DNA of 59,090 bases, counting the filler, from Candidatus Omnitrophota bacterium (lineage in GTDB: Bacteria; Omnitrophota; Gorgyraeia; JAGLLT01), in the NCBI GenBank assembly GCA_023140385.1. It is 3 parts of 3 records of this genome, joined end to end, with 100 filler letters (N's around TTAATTAATTAA, not from the genome) between each part and the next. Parts side by side here need not be neighbours in the genome. Positions count along the whole stretch, not along the records: positions 24,686 to 52,822 come from JAGLLT010000006.1; positions 52,923 to 59,090 come from JAGLLT010000007.1; 1 more part is not named here. One strand, given 5' to 3'. The notes beneath the pieces were generated by a model. That model was not told where the DNA came from. It saw nothing but the letters and a program-made list of their open reading frames with translations, and searched no databases. Below are positions 46,184 to 56,966 of this stretch, piece by piece. Both the position numbers and the translations under genes were made by a program. Position 1 is the stretch's first letter; each line of letters begins with the position of its first letter.

Positions 46184-47605
46184 ATGAAAAAAGCAAAAAA
46201 CGTTTCAACTCTGCTTATCTTGTCTATGATTGTCGTTAGCGCGTTTCTTGGCCGATGGACCGGATATAATGCTCCCCACAAATTTACCTTTGATGAAGGC
46301 TTATACGTGAGGATGGGTCTTCAGCTCAAAGAGAATCCTCTTAATTACACCTCGCAATCAGTTTATAACCGCTATCAGAAACAGGGAGGAAGATTACCTG
46401 ACTACCTGAGGATGCCCTTATTTAAACATCCTCCTCTTTACTCCTACTTAATATCCCTCTTTTACTTCATATTCGGCGCGGCTTACAAAACAGCTTTTAT
46501 GGTTTCTCTGGCCGGCGGCCTGGCCACAATAATTATCACCTTTTTAGTCGCGGCTTACATCTTTAATAAAGACACGGGATTACTGGCAGCCCTTCTTGTA
46601 TCTATTGACCCTGTAAATTGGCTATGCTCAGAAAAAATATGGATAGACACAACATTAACAGCGCTTATCTGGTTAACTCTGCTATTTTTAATCAAGGCGA
46701 TATTGAGCAACAAAAGTAAATTTTTCTTTCTGGCAGGTATTACTACGGGCTTGGCACTTCTGACCAAATATTCAGCTTTAATAATTTTTCCTATCGGTTT
46801 AAGTTGGGCGCTATTATACAACTATAAACTAATAAAAACAAAGCGTTTCTGGTCATGGATACTGATAAGCCTGCTCTTATTTCTACCCTGGATAATTTGG
46901 AATTTCATAATATACGGCGCTGACTTTTTCCCCATTATGATTACCGGCCAGGGAGACTTAAAATTAAATTTCTACAATCTTTTTACGTTCTGGATCTTAA
47001 TCTCTTCGTCTGCTGCCGCTTTTTTAACGTATCACTTCCTGCGTAATAAGACGTTCAAAGAGCGACTGCTAAATAAAATAAGCCCTGCTAAAGCGGGCAG
47101 AATCGGTGCCGTTATATTCTTGGTACTTTTGTTTTCAAATCCATATATGCTAAAAGGCCTATGCGGAATGCTAAATGCTATCTATGTTCCCTCTAGCGGC
47201 TGGGCATTTGCTTTTTTTTCAAAAGAGACCCGCCTTTTCTATTTTAAAAGACTGATTGAGCTTTCTCCTTTTTATATAATATCTTTTCTTAGCCTGCCTT
47301 TCATACCAGCCTTGCGGTCAAAACAATCTTCTCTCTTTATCGCCGCTTTCTGGATAATGCTTATCTTTTCTCTGCATCGCAACTTTCAATCAAGGTACAT
47401 TCTGCCTGCTACCCCGGCTCTTTTAATAATCGCCAGCGGTGCAATATTAAAAATAATAGAAAAAATAAAAAGTTACTCCTCCCCTTCACAACTTAAAATC
47501 TCAATCGTCCGCGTCTCACTCACTGTTTTCTTAATATACTGCTTTTTAAAAACCATCTTCATAAATTTATGCCTCAGCCTTCCCAATAGATCCTGCTACT
47601 TCTAA
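46184..47605 (+). CDS. ArnT/PMT (GT39/GT83-like) GT-C glycosyltransferase
   Basis: FDEGLY, KHPPLY, GLALLTKY, RYILP; multi-TM. Confidence 0.85.
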   Translation: MKKAKNVSTLLILSMIVVSAFLGRWTGYNAPHKFTFDEGLYVRMGLQLKENPLNYTSQSVYNRYQKQGGRLPDYLRMPLFKHPPLYSYLISLFYFIFGAAYKTAFMVSLAGGLATIIITFLVAAYIFNKDTGLLAALLVSIDPVNWLCSEKIWIDTTLTALIWLTLLFLIKAILSNKSKFFFLAGITTGLALLTKYSALIIFPIGLSWALLYNYKLIKTKRFWSWILISLLLFLPWIIWNFIIYGADFFPIMITGQGDLKLNFYNLFTFWILISSSAAAFLTYHFLRNKTFKERLLNKISPAKAGRIGAVIFLVLLFSNPYMLKGLCGMLNAIYVPSSGWAFAFFSKETRLFYFKRLIELSPFYIISFLSLPFIPALRSKQSSLFIAAFWIMLIFSLHRNFQSRYILPATPALLIIASGAILKIIEKIKSYSSPSQLKISIVRVSLTVFLIYCFLKTIFINLCLSLPNRSCYF

Positions 47606-47610
47606 TAGGC

Positions 47611-47647
47611 AAAAAATCCCCCACGAAACTGCTTGTGGGGGATTAAA
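47611..47647 (-). terminator. Intrinsic terminator after rpoD (possibly bidirectional)
   Basis: aatcccccac / gtgggggatt stem with a T-run on the minus strand, between convergent genes. Confidence 0.8.
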
Positions 47648-47665
47648 TACGGTTAAAACAACTTT

Positions 47666-49249
47666 TTAGTAATTCATCATCTCAAGAAAGTTCTTAAGCT
47701 TTCTGCTTCTTGTTGGATGCCTCAACTTTCTTAGAGCCTTTGCCTCAATCTGCCTTACTCTTTCTCTCGTAACCTTAAAGATAGAGCCCACCTCTTCCAG
47801 AGTTCTGGGACAGCCATCCTTTATTCCAAAGCGCAGTTCCAACACCTGCTTCTCTCTGTCGGTCAACGTGTCAAGCACATTTTCCATCTGCTCCCTTAAC
47901 ATCGTCTGAGCGGTAGCCGACGCGGGAGAAACGGCAGCCTTATCTTCAATAAAATCTCCAAAATGAGTATCACCTTCATCGCCTATAGGAGTCTCAAGAG
48001 ATATAGGCTGCTGGGCGATTTTCAAAATGCCTCTCACCTTTTCAATGGACATCTGCATTTCCTGAGCAAGCTCTTCCGGAGCCGGTTCTTTTCCGTTACG
48101 CTGAACCAGATACCTTGAAATTCGGATAAGCTTGTTTATTGTCTCTGTCATATGAACGGGAATTCGTATTGTTCTGGCTTGATCGGCAATAGCTCTCGTA
48201 ATTGCCTGCCTTATCCACCAGGTAGCGTAAGTAGAAAACTTATAACCCTTATGATAGTCAAATTTTTCCACCGCTTTAATCAAACCGATATTCCCCTCCT
48301 GAATCAGATCAAGAAAAGACAGGCCTCTATTGGTATATTTTTTAGCAATACTAACCACCAATCTCAAATTAGCCGCGACCATAGACTTTTTAGCGGTATT
48401 ATAATCAACCTCCCGCCGCCTTATGGCCTTTAGCTTTTCTCTTATGTTATCACTTTTCTCTCCCAACTCTTTTAACAGCTGGCGCCTTTCTCTCTTCAAC
48501 TCTCTTGTCTCATCCAAAGCCCTTATGGACTTTGCTTTTTCCCTCCGCTTTATCCTGGCATCCGTCTTAATTAACTGGTCCGTGATAAATTTTAATTTAT
48601 TAGACAGCTCTTCAATAACCGATATATTCAGACTAAACTTCTCTAAAACCGCCGCGATATTTTCTTCTTTCTTTGTTGCCCTCAGTCTTCTAACCAGAGT
48701 TTGAATTTTTTTGTAAAATTTATTTCCTTTGACATCCGGCAAATCACTAAAGTACTCCTCCGGATTTACCTCTTTTTTTACAATTTTGACAGCCAGTTTA
48801 AGAACTTCATTTTTGGCTATCATCGTACCGAATATTACCATTTTAAACTTATACGCTGACAACTCTATTTCCTTAGCCAGCCGGATTTCCTCTTCACGGC
48901 TTAACAAAGAAATTTGCCCCATCTCCCTTAAATACATCCGGACAGGATCCTCGAGCTGGGATAGGCGTGAAAGAACCACCGGCCTTTTGCCCTTTTTTTC
49001 TTCCTCCTTTCGCCTTGCCAAATCTTCCTCTATCTCCTTGGCTCCTTCAGAATCTACTATCTGAATATCCACCTCGCCTAAAGAGGTAAAGATGTCATCT
49101 ATCTCCTCGGAGGAAACAACATTCTCGGGAAGAATTTCATTGACCTGATCATAGGTAAGATAGCCCTTCTCTTTACCAAGGGCTATAAGCCTTTCTAAGG
49201 TCTTATGTCTTTCTTCTTTTGCTTTTTTTATTTTTTGATTTTTTGCCAT
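47666..49249 (-). CDS. rpoD: RNA polymerase primary sigma factor
   Basis: Region 1.1, [45 protein letters not shown]. Confidence 0.97.
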   Translation of the reverse strand: MAKNQKIKKAKEERHKTLERLIALGKEKGYLTYDQVNEILPENVVSSEEIDDIFTSLGEVDIQIVDSEGAKEIEEDLARRKEEEKKGKRPVVLSRLSQLEDPVRMYLREMGQISLLSREEEIRLAKEIELSAYKFKMVIFGTMIAKNEVLKLAVKIVKKEVNPEEYFSDLPDVKGNKFYKKIQTLVRRLRATKKEENIAAVLEKFSLNISVIEELSNKLKFITDQLIKTDARIKRREKAKSIRALDETRELKRERRQLLKELGEKSDNIREKLKAIRRREVDYNTAKKSMVAANLRLVVSIAKKYTNRGLSFLDLIQEGNIGLIKAVEKFDYHKGYKFSTYATWWIRQAITRAIADQARTIRIPVHMTETINKLIRISRYLVQRNGKEPAPEELAQEMQMSIEKVRGILKIAQQPISLETPIGDEGDTHFGDFIEDKAAVSPASATAQTMLREQMENVLDTLTDREKQVLELRFGIKDGCPRTLEEVGSIFKVTRERVRQIEAKALRKLRHPTRSRKLKNFLEMMNY

Positions 49250-49256
49250 AACTATA

Positions 49257-51044
49257 TTACTTTACGCTCCTGGCGAACTTTTTTCGTTCGTTTACTAATT
49301 GGGCGAACTCTACGGTCAATTTAAAAGTGCGCTCCGAGATTTTTTCTCCCTGAGCTTTTCTCTGGGCGGCTTTTAATTCTTTAATTTTTTTGTCAATGTT
49401 TCTTCTCTTTATGGTCCTAATGCAGTCGTTTAAGTTTTTTGCAGCATCCGTTATTTCAGGAGTATCTACAGAAATAGAAGAAATAAGGCGCGCCGCTTCG
49501 TTGCCGCCCATAGCGTCAATTAAGCGTGAAGGACATATCTCCTTGCCTTTCTCGGCAAAGTCAAAAATCAACTCGACAATCTTCCTCATACCGTCACTTT
49601 CAAAATCAACCGGCCGCAAAGCGTTTCTTACTTCCTTAATCAGGTTATTATCCTCAAGCATTAATACGAATAAAATCTTCTCCGCCATATCCACACGCGA
49701 ATCCTGAGATATTTTTTTAATCTCGTTTTTATCATAACTGTAATTAACATTCTTTATTTTTTTTAACTCGCTTAAAATGTCAGTCCCCGCAACTTCTAAA
49801 ACATCTGCCAGTTTCCTTACATAAGCCGACTTCAAAACAGCATTATCTACTCGGGCAAGGGTGGGCAGTAACTCTGCCGCTATCCCGGCTTTACCTTCCG
49901 GATCTTGAGCTTTATACTTTAAACGCAACAGATTAACTTTATAATCAAAAAAGTCGGGAGCATTTTTAACAATTTTCTCGTACTCCTCAGCCCCCTTTTC
50001 CAAAAGATACTTGTCGGGGTCAAAGCCGGCCGGCATTACGGCAATTTTAGGAATTATGCCTTCAGATATCAGCAGATCCAGCCCTCTTAAAGAGGCGGTT
50101 TCTCCTGCCTGATCAGCATCAAAAATTAATATAACGTTTTTAGTATATCTTTTAAGAGCCCTTATCTGCCACTCCGTAAGGGCCGTTCCTAAGGGGGCAA
50201 CAGCCTCTTTGAATCCGTTTTCGTGACAGCGTATGCAATCGGTATAGCCCTCTACTATAATCGCCCTGTCTTTGCTAATAATCTCCCGCTTGGCTAAATT
50301 TAACCCATATAGATTTTTTCCTTTATTAAAAACAGGAGTATCAGAACTATTAAGGTACTTAGGTATCTGCTTTTCCTCAAGAGCCCTTGCTCCGAAACCT
50401 ATAACTTTATCATACAAATTAAAGATGGGAAACATCACCCTATTTCTAAACCTGTCGCAGTATCCACCGCCGCCTTTCGGAGATATCAAACCAGCCTTCT
50501 CAATCATCTCTACACTAAAGTCTTTATGCCTGAGATAGTCATAAAGAGCGGTCCAGTTATTTGGAGCGTATCCCAGTTTAAAATCTAAAAGCGTTTTTTG
50601 GGTAAAACCCCTCTCTTTCAGGTAATCCCTGGAGTGAGAAGCATCTAATGACTCATTTAGATGGCCGCTAAAAAAATCTGCCGCGGCTTCATTAATTTTA
50701 TACAACTGATTAAAAAGCGACTGCATTTTTTTGTCAGCGCCAAACTGCCTGGGTATATTCACGCCGGCCTTCTCAGCAATTTTCCCGGCCGCCTCTGAAA
50801 AGTCAAGATGTTCATACTTCATAACAAAATTAAACACATTGCCGCCTTCACCACAGCCAAAACAGTGGTATATCTGCTTGGCGGGGCTAATCATAAAAGA
50901 AGGAGTTTTTTCGTTATGAAACGGACAAAGCGCCTTATAATTAGCGCCGCTTTTTTTCAGCGGAATATACTCAGAAATAACGGCAACAATGTCAGTCCGA
51001 GACCTTATCTCTTCTAATATATCTTGCGCGATATACTCAGCCAT
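49257..51044 (-). CDS. dnaG: DNA primase
   Basis: [32 protein letters not shown]. Confidence 0.96.
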   Translation of the reverse strand: MAEYIAQDILEEIRSRTDIVAVISEYIPLKKSGANYKALCPFHNEKTPSFMISPAKQIYHCFGCGEGGNVFNFVMKYEHLDFSEAAGKIAEKAGVNIPRQFGADKKMQSLFNQLYKINEAAADFFSGHLNESLDASHSRDYLKERGFTQKTLLDFKLGYAPNNWTALYDYLRHKDFSVEMIEKAGLISPKGGGGYCDRFRNRVMFPIFNLYDKVIGFGARALEEKQIPKYLNSSDTPVFNKGKNLYGLNLAKREIISKDRAIIVEGYTDCIRCHENGFKEAVAPLGTALTEWQIRALKRYTKNVILIFDADQAGETASLRGLDLLISEGIIPKIAVMPAGFDPDKYLLEKGAEEYEKIVKNAPDFFDYKVNLLRLKYKAQDPEGKAGIAAELLPTLARVDNAVLKSAYVRKLADVLEVAGTDILSELKKIKNVNYSYDKNEIKKISQDSRVDMAEKILFVLMLEDNNLIKEVRNALRPVDFESDGMRKIVELIFDFAEKGKEICPSRLIDAMGGNEAARLISSISVDTPEITDAAKNLNDCIRTIKRRNIDKKIKELKAAQRKAQGEKISERTFKLTVEFAQLVNERKKFARSVK

Positions 51045-51050
51045 AATTCT

Positions 51051-52004
51051 TTATCTCTTAAACCTCCTAAAACCCGAACAACACTCAATCTTTATTTTGC
51101 ATTTTTTCTCCAATTTATCCAGAAGGAGATTAATTCCCAGCGTATCACTTGATATATGGCCGGCAATTATCATATTCAAGTTAGCTTCTTTGGCCTTCTT
51201 TAAATGCTCTTCTGAAAAGTGCATGCCGACAATCGTCCCTACGCCCGCTCCGGCAAGACTTTTAAAAATTTCGCTTGAACCCTCAGTTCCACCGGTCATA
51301 TCAATAAGAACTCTACCCGCCCGGCTTTGTTTTCTCCCGCTTATAATCGCCGGCCCCGCGCCGCGGCCGGAGGCTTCTTTATACTCCGGAATTTTCTTTA
51401 AAATATCTATTATATCGCCTAAAGTGTCGGCCTTTTTTTTATCAAAAATTTTCTGCAAAAAACTGGCAACATGATTGTCGGTCGGGGTATGACAGCACAT
51501 AAACGGAATATCCAGGAGTTTTGCCGCGTCAACGGCTCTCGTATGGTTTACAGGCATAACACTTCTTGCGACCTTCTCTATCCTTTCCTGAAACAAATTT
51601 TCCGCGGGTACCTCAGGAACACCAAATTTAGCCAGAATATCAACCTGCATATTCATAACCTTATAAAACCCCGCTAAAGCCCTACCCTCCGGATGATGAG
51701 CTATCACCAAATCGATAACCTTACCCTTTTGCCTCAACCTATCCGCCAATAATAATTCCCCTATTTCCATATCAACACCGATAATGATACCTTTAATCTC
51801 CTTATCCGCGTCGCCGTACAGAATACGGGTATCGGCATAAGGATTTTCAAGAGACTCTTTATCAAATTCTGCTTTTGCCCCGGGTTTTAGGTCGTCATAA
51901 GTCTTTTTCGCCCGAGAGAGCTCCTTCTTCACCTTTTGCTCTCCCCGCGGATCCTCCTTAACCCCCTCTTTGACTACAAAATCATATAACTCTTTAAGTT
52001 TCAT
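51051..52004 (-). CDS. NIF3/YbgI-like dinuclear metal protein
   Basis: IAHHPEG, CHTPTDN, GHISSD. Confidence 0.8.
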   Translation of the reverse strand: MKLKELYDFVVKEGVKEDPRGEQKVKKELSRAKKTYDDLKPGAKAEFDKESLENPYADTRILYGDADKEIKGIIIGVDMEIGELLLADRLRQKGKVIDLVIAHHPEGRALAGFYKVMNMQVDILAKFGVPEVPAENLFQERIEKVARSVMPVNHTRAVDAAKLLDIPFMCCHTPTDNHVASFLQKIFDKKKADTLGDIIDILKKIPEYKEASGRGAGPAIISGRKQSRAGRVLIDMTGGTEGSSEIFKSLAGAGVGTIVGMHFSEEHLKKAKEANLNMIIAGHISSDTLGINLLLDKLEKKCKIKIECCSGFRRFKR

Positions 52005-52822
52005 CCACTCTCTCCTTCAATTAATCCATTAATACCGTCAACAAACATATTAACAGCTCTTTCTTTATCAATCTTTTCACAAAACTTAATAGTATTACCT
52101 GCCTCCATATTATCAAAAACCCTGCCTTTGTCCTTTTTAATATCAACGTCCAGGCTTAAATCCTTATAACTCACAACCTCGCCATCCACAACAGCACACA
52201 TAGCCAGAACATCGGGCAAATATATGCCGTCTCTCTCCTTGTATCTTTTATGGTAATCAAGGGTGTAATCAAACATACTGTGTATAAAACGCGAGAGAGG
52301 CGAATCCTTTTTGCGCCTTATGCGCTTCAATAAGTCCCTGGTAAATAAAATTTGCCTGGTTAAATCCAGACACACCAATCTGACGGGAATTTTACTGTTT
52401 AAAACAACCTTTGCCGCCTCAGGATCCTGGTAAAAATTAAACTCCGCTTCGTTGGTAGCATTACCTGGAGTAAATACAGAACCCCCCATTATTAGTATTT
52501 CTTTTATGCTATCTTTAATTACCGGTTCTTCTATTAAAATCCGCGCGATATTTGTCAAAGGCCCGAGAGCCACGAAGAGATCGATTTCACCTTCAGTAAC
52601 CGCGCGCCTAATGACTTCATCAGCGGTTTCTACTCCGGACACTGTCCCGCTTAACTCTAAATTCGTATTGCCCAGGCCGTCAACTCCATGAACAAATCTC
52701 TGCTTATACGGTTCGGCGCTCAAGGAGTTCGCGGCGCCTTTACCCAAAAGAGGCATCTTTTTCATTCCACAGACTGAAAAGATCCTTCTGATATTATCAC
52801 ACGCCTTATCCACATCTACATT
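52001..52822 (-). CDS. Inosine/uridine-preferring nucleoside hydrolase, 5' truncated by the gap
   Basis: VHGVDGLG, LGPLTNIA, MGGS..GN..AEFNFYQDPEAA. Confidence 0.88.
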   Translation of the reverse strand, partial: NVDVDKACDNIRRIFSVCGMKKMPLLGKGAANSLSAEPYKQRFVHGVDGLGNTNLELSGTVSGVETADEVIRRAVTEGEIDLFVALGPLTNIARILIEEPVIKDSIKEILIMGGSVFTPGNATNEAEFNFYQDPEAAKVVLNSKIPVRLVCLDLTRQILFTRDLLKRIRRKKDSPLSRFIHSMFDYTLDYHKRYKERDGIYLPDVLAMCAVVDGEVVSYKDLSLDVDIKKDKGRVFDNMEAGNTIKFCEKIDKERAVNMFVDGINGLIEGESG

Positions 52823-52922
52823 NNNNNNNNNNNNNNNNNNNNNNNNNNNNNNNNNNNNNNNNNNNNTTAATTAATTAANNNNNNNNNNNNNNNNNNNNNN
52901 NNNNNNNNNNNNNNNNNNNNNN
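52823..52922. other. Assembly gap with artificial TTAATTAATTAA stop linker
   Basis: N44-TTAATTAATTAA-N44. Confidence 0.97.
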
Positions 52923-53015
52923 AAACAAATTACAACAAATACATCAACCCAGTTAAATGTCCAAAAAATTGACGGCAAAGCATTTCTCTCCTAAAAAGCC
53001 TTTAAGGGTACAAAA

Positions 53016-53044
53016 AATATACCACATAACAACCCTTTTGTCAA
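53016..53044 (-). promoter_or_regulatory. Sigma70 promoter TTGACA-17-TATATT (extended -10)
   Basis: Consensus match in the intergenic region downstream of mtaB. Confidence 0.6.
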
Positions 53045-53103
53045 GAGAGCCTAAATAGACTCAAAAGATAAATGGCCGGGAAATTTCAGTAAAAAATGGT
53101 TAA

Positions 53104-54369
53104 TTATACGCCGGCAATAACTTCAGCAAAGACACTATTACCGCTTAGGCCGGTTATTTTGGCAGGAACTATAGAACCTTTGTGGTGGTTTTTAGCATTT
53201 TTAAGTAGAACTCTTATGTAGTTATCCGAGTAACCGCACAAAAGATTTGAAATCTTATCAGGCATTTCCTCAACCAAGACCTCAACCCTTTTACCCGCGA
53301 ACCTCCTCTTGTATCTCACAGCGGATTCTGCCGATACCTCTTGTAGCAAAAGGGCTCTTTTTCTTTTCGTGTCAGGGGCTACTTTATCTTTATACTTAAA
53401 GGCCGCTGTCTTTTCCCTGTCACTATAGGTAAATATGTGTATCTTGACAAAGTCGTACTTCTCAATTAACTCCAGCGTATTTTTAAAACAGTTATCATCT
53501 TCACCCGGAAAACCGCAAATAAAATCAGCTGACAGTCCAATATTAGGAGCCTCTCTTTTTAGCCTTTCAAGCAAATTCTGAAGCAGTTTTCTGTCGTATC
53601 TTCTATTCATCAACTTAAGCACATTATCATCTGCCGATTGAACGGATATATGAAGATGGCCGCAAAGCTTATCAGAGCTTTTAATCAAATTAATTAAGGC
53701 TGTATCTATATCCTGAGGGTCAATTGAACTCAATCTCAATCGTCCCAGGCTTTTTATTGACATGAGCCCTTCTATTAAAGACACCAGCCCCTTCCCGGTG
53801 TCTCTACCGAAAAACCCAATGTTGATACCCGTTAGAATAATTTCTTTATAGCCGGCTCGGCATAAGTTCCCCACCTCTCTTTCTATCTCGCCCGCGTCCC
53901 TGCTTCCGGCTCTGCCCCGTGTAAAAGGAACTATGCAGTAAGAGCAAAAATTGTTACACCCATCCTCTATTTTAACAAAGGCTTTATCTCTATTCGAAAA
54001 GGCGGTAATCACGTCAACCGGCCTGCTGCGATTACCACCGTTTACAAGTGAAAAAATTTTACTTTTATTCAGGTTTCGAACGAACAAACTTACCCCTTCT
54101 ATCTTATTAACCGCGCTAAACTCATTATCAACCGCGCAGCCGGTAACAATAACCCTGGCTTGAGGATTCTTCCGGATAATCCGTGTAATTACCCTCTTTG
54201 ACTTTCCGTCACTCTTTTTGGTAACGGTGCAGGTATTTACTACGCACACTCCGGCCTCCTTCTCATCCGAAACTTCAAGGTAACCGTTAGCGCTAAAACT
54301 TTCCCTTAAAAGCTGAGTCTCATATTGATTTACCTTACAGCCGATAGTCTTAAATAAACAGGTTTTCAT
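53104..54369 (-). CDS. mtaB: tRNA t6A37 methylthiotransferase (radical SAM)
   Basis: TIGCKVNQYET, NTCTVT, GCNNFCSYC, TRAM domain; follows rsmE. Confidence 0.92.
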   Translation of the reverse strand: MKTCLFKTIGCKVNQYETQLLRESFSANGYLEVSDEKEAGVCVVNTCTVTKKSDGKSKRVITRIIRKNPQARVIVTGCAVDNEFSAVNKIEGVSLFVRNLNKSKIFSLVNGGNRSRPVDVITAFSNRDKAFVKIEDGCNNFCSYCIVPFTRGRAGSRDAGEIEREVGNLCRAGYKEIILTGINIGFFGRDTGKGLVSLIEGLMSIKSLGRLRLSSIDPQDIDTALINLIKSSDKLCGHLHISVQSADDNVLKLMNRRYDRKLLQNLLERLKREAPNIGLSADFICGFPGEDDNCFKNTLELIEKYDFVKIHIFTYSDREKTAAFKYKDKVAPDTKRKRALLLQEVSAESAVRYKRRFAGKRVEVLVEEMPDKISNLLCGYSDNYIRVLLKNAKNHHKGSIVPAKITGLSGNSVFAEVIAGV

Positions 54370-54370
54370 A

Positions 54371-55105
54371 TTAATCGTAAAAAAAATTCATTGCCGACAT
54401 AACGTATATGGCGGCGGTTTCTGTACGCAGTACCCTTTCTCCAAAATAAACCGGAGAAATTTTACTCTCTTTTGCCAGTTCAACCTCGCTCTTGCTAAAA
54501 CCGCCTTCAGGCCCAATCAAAAAAAGCACTCTATCTTTCCTCCCCGGCTTCTTATCTTTAAGGGCCCTCTTAAAAGTACAGCCCGTTTCACTGACACAGC
54601 CGATAAAGGCCGCGCTAAAAGATTCCGACAGTTTAACAACTTCCTTAAAAACAGTTGCCCTGCTGATCGCGGGAATCTTTATTCTACCCGACTGCTTGGA
54701 GGCACCCTTGGCAATCTCAAGCCATCTTTTTATCTTTTTACCTTCATCTTTGTTATCAGGCAAAACAACGTTTCTCTCCGTCTTCATCGGGATAATTTCT
54801 TTTACCCCCAGCTCTGTGCACTTCTGAACAATAAAGTCCATCTTTTTTCCTTTAGGCAGGCCTATGGCAATGGAAATATTGAGTTCACTTTCCGTCCGCA
54901 TTCTGGCCGCTTTTATAATTCTAACCACAACTGACTTAAGCGCAGCTGAGATTATAATACCTCTATACTCCTTTACACCGTCAAAAACCACCACCTCATC
55001 ATCCGGCCTAAGACGCATAACCTTATAAATATGCCGAGCTTCATCGCCATCAAGATAGATAGAGCCCTCTCTGACTTTTTCGGGAGGGCAGTAAAACCTA
55101 CTCAC
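54371..55105 (-). CDS. rsmE: 16S rRNA m3U1498 methyltransferase
   Basis: HIYKVMR, QKCTELG, IGPEGGFS, VLRTETA. Confidence 0.95.
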   Translation of the reverse strand: MSRFYCPPEKVREGSIYLDGDEARHIYKVMRLRPDDEVVVFDGVKEYRGIIISAALKSVVVRIIKAARMRTESELNISIAIGLPKGKKMDFIVQKCTELGVKEIIPMKTERNVVLPDNKDEGKKIKRWLEIAKGASKQSGRIKIPAISRATVFKEVVKLSESFSAAFIGCVSETGCTFKRALKDKKPGRKDRVLFLIGPEGGFSKSEVELAKESKISPVYFGERVLRTETAAIYVMSAMNFFYD

Positions 55106-55655
55106 TTTTTACCTCGCTTTCAGAAAAAACCTCAGCCGAAAAAACGTAAATTTCCGTCCTTTCATCCTTCCAGGCATCCTTGGCAAGCCCCGCTTTATAG
55201 CAGGTTTGCTCTAAAAAAGTGTCTCTGTCCCAACTGTATTCAGCGGCTACTTGCGGCAGAAGCAGGCCCGAATTAAAACCTTTCTTTAAAAAAACACCGT
55301 GTAAACCGGGCTTAACTTCAACGGGACTGCCCACTTTTTCAAGCGCGGATAAAACCGATACCTCGATTTCTATCTCCTCAAATTCTTTTTCCGTCAGGGC
55401 GGGAAAGCGGGGGTCATAAAAAGCAGCCTGGATACCCATTTCAGTAATGGTTTTATAGAGCGGCATATCACCAACCACCCTGCCGATACAACCCCGAAGA
55501 CTGCCCTTTATTTTAAGTGTTACAAAAGCACCCAACTCCCTGTTTAACACCTCATCATCTATCTCAAAAGACACCCTTTTTTTATCTTTTAAATACTCTT
55601 TGATTGAGCTTCTGATAATATCAATTAAAACTTTCTTCTGATTGATGTTCAACAT
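55098..55655 (-). CDS. AmmeMemoRadiSam system protein A (AMMECR1)
   Basis: GAFVTL, LRGCIG, DPRF, LLLPQV. Confidence 0.92.
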   Translation of the reverse strand: MLNINQKKVLIDIIRSSIKEYLKDKKRVSFEIDDEVLNRELGAFVTLKIKGSLRGCIGRVVGDMPLYKTITEMGIQAAFYDPRFPALTEKEFEEIEIEVSVLSALEKVGSPVEVKPGLHGVFLKKGFNSGLLLPQVAAEYSWDRDTFLEQTCYKAGLAKDAWKDERTEIYVFSAEVFSESEVKSE

Positions 55656-55677
55656 TGTTTACCCTTTTTACAATTCA

Positions 55678-56124
55678 CTATTTTATAATCTTTATCTGTG
55701 AGGGAGAGTTTAAAATAATCTCGGGACTCCCATTATACTCTTTAATCGTACCTGTTACCCGCACCTTTTTATTTTTGCAGTGATTCTCGGGACATTCAGG
55801 AAATCTATCAAAAGCAGAACGAAATATCACCGCTGTAAAGTACCTTTTGTAGTCAGGGTGAAAGTTTAAAAAACAGGCCTTGCCGGAATTATACGTCTTT
55901 ACTATTTTGCCTTCTATCGTAACGTTTTGGCCGTAATATTTACCGGCATCCCTCCAGCCTATCACTTTCCCGCTCTTTTGTCCCTGATACGAAGGAACCT
56001 CCGTCTTCTGATAACTGCCGTCTCCGGAATCTTTTAATACGGTAAACCTGGCCGTTACCAGCACCAGGATAATTCCCAGAAAAAAGGACCCTGCCTTCTT
56101 ATAAAAATCAATATTTGAGCTCAC
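55678..56124 (-). CDS. Membrane-anchored OB-fold protein
   Basis: N-terminal TM; VTIEGKIV, FLNF, VRVTGTIKEYNGSPEII. Confidence 0.7.
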   Translation of the reverse strand: MSSNIDFYKKAGSFFLGIILVLVTARFTVLKDSGDGSYQKTEVPSYQGQKSGKVIGWRDAGKYYGQNVTIEGKIVKTYNSGKACFLNFHPDYKRYFTAVIFRSAFDRFPECPENHCKNKKVRVTGTIKEYNGSPEIILNSPSQIKIIK

Positions 56125-56159
56125 CGCTAAGCCCCCTTTTTTTGATTACCACTCAAAAA

Positions 56160-56795
56160 TTACTTTTCGTATTTATCAATTAACCTGTCAAGCTGGATAT
56201 CAAATTTTCTTTTGCCTTCCTCACTTAGCTTATTAAACCTCTCAACTATGCCTGTCAGGCGGGCGCAGGATAAATTATAAGACCAGAGGCCTCTTTGTTC
56301 TTCTCTTGCCGCATCCTGCAGTTTTAGAAATCTACTCTTCTTTCTAAAAGGAAACCTCGTTAGAACGTAAGCATAACCCCTCTTAATAAGCTCCTCATTA
56401 AGCATACGCCCGTCTTTTAAATAGACGTAAGCCAGCGTTCTTCCATACTTACCCTTTCTTTCTTCATCATACTCAAGCCGCGCCTCAAAGCCCTCACAAA
56501 GCTGTTTGACAAATTCATACGCCTCCTGGCTAAAAACCTGTACCGGCACTTCGGGATGGTGTGACTCAGGAGCATCAATACCAATTAACCTCACGACCTC
56601 GCCGCCAGCCAGCTTGATAGTATCCCCGTCAATTACCTTCTCAACTTCATAAAAGATAACCTTATCCGGAGTGAAAACCGGAGATTCATCCTGGACGGGT
56701 TTAATCAAAGAAAAGACAATCAGCGCGCCAACAACAATACCGGCTGCCACATAGCTAAGGATAGATTTTTTATTCCCGTCTAAACCCATATTCAC
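56160..56795 (-). CDS. Membrane-anchored thermonuclease (SNase family)
   Basis: VIDGDTI, VRLIGIDAPE, YGRTLAYV, RGLW. Confidence 0.92.
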   Translation of the reverse strand: MNMGLDGNKKSILSYVAAGIVVGALIVFSLIKPVQDESPVFTPDKVIFYEVEKVIDGDTIKLAGGEVVRLIGIDAPESHHPEVPVQVFSQEAYEFVKQLCEGFEARLEYDEERKGKYGRTLAYVYLKDGRMLNEELIKRGYAYVLTRFPFRKKSRFLKLQDAAREEQRGLWSYNLSCARLTGIVERFNKLSEEGKRKFDIQLDRLIDKYEK

Positions 56796-56807
56796 CCCTT
56801 TTACGTT

Positions 56808-56942
56808 TAAAAACTCTAAGCTCTAAACTCTAAATTCTAAACAAATTTTAAACTCAAAATCAAAATGTTCTAAACTGTTTTGAATTTTGTATTTTGGACA
56901 TTTGGATTTGTTTAGTGTTTAGGATTTAGTATTTAGGATTTC
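56808..56942. repeat. Inverted arrays of degenerate heptamers (CTCTAAA/TCTAAA vs TTTAGGA/TTTAGTA)
   Basis: aaactctaagctctaaactctaaattctaaacaa ... tttgtttagtgtttaggatttagtatttaggattt. Confidence 0.8.
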
Positions 56943-56966
56943 CTCCCCCTTGCATGATATGTATTG

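Noticed and set aside
50989..51474. 161-aa plus-strand ORF and similar antisense ORFs across the housekeeping genes
   Set aside because: Lie opposite well-supported conserved genes and show no recognisable motifs
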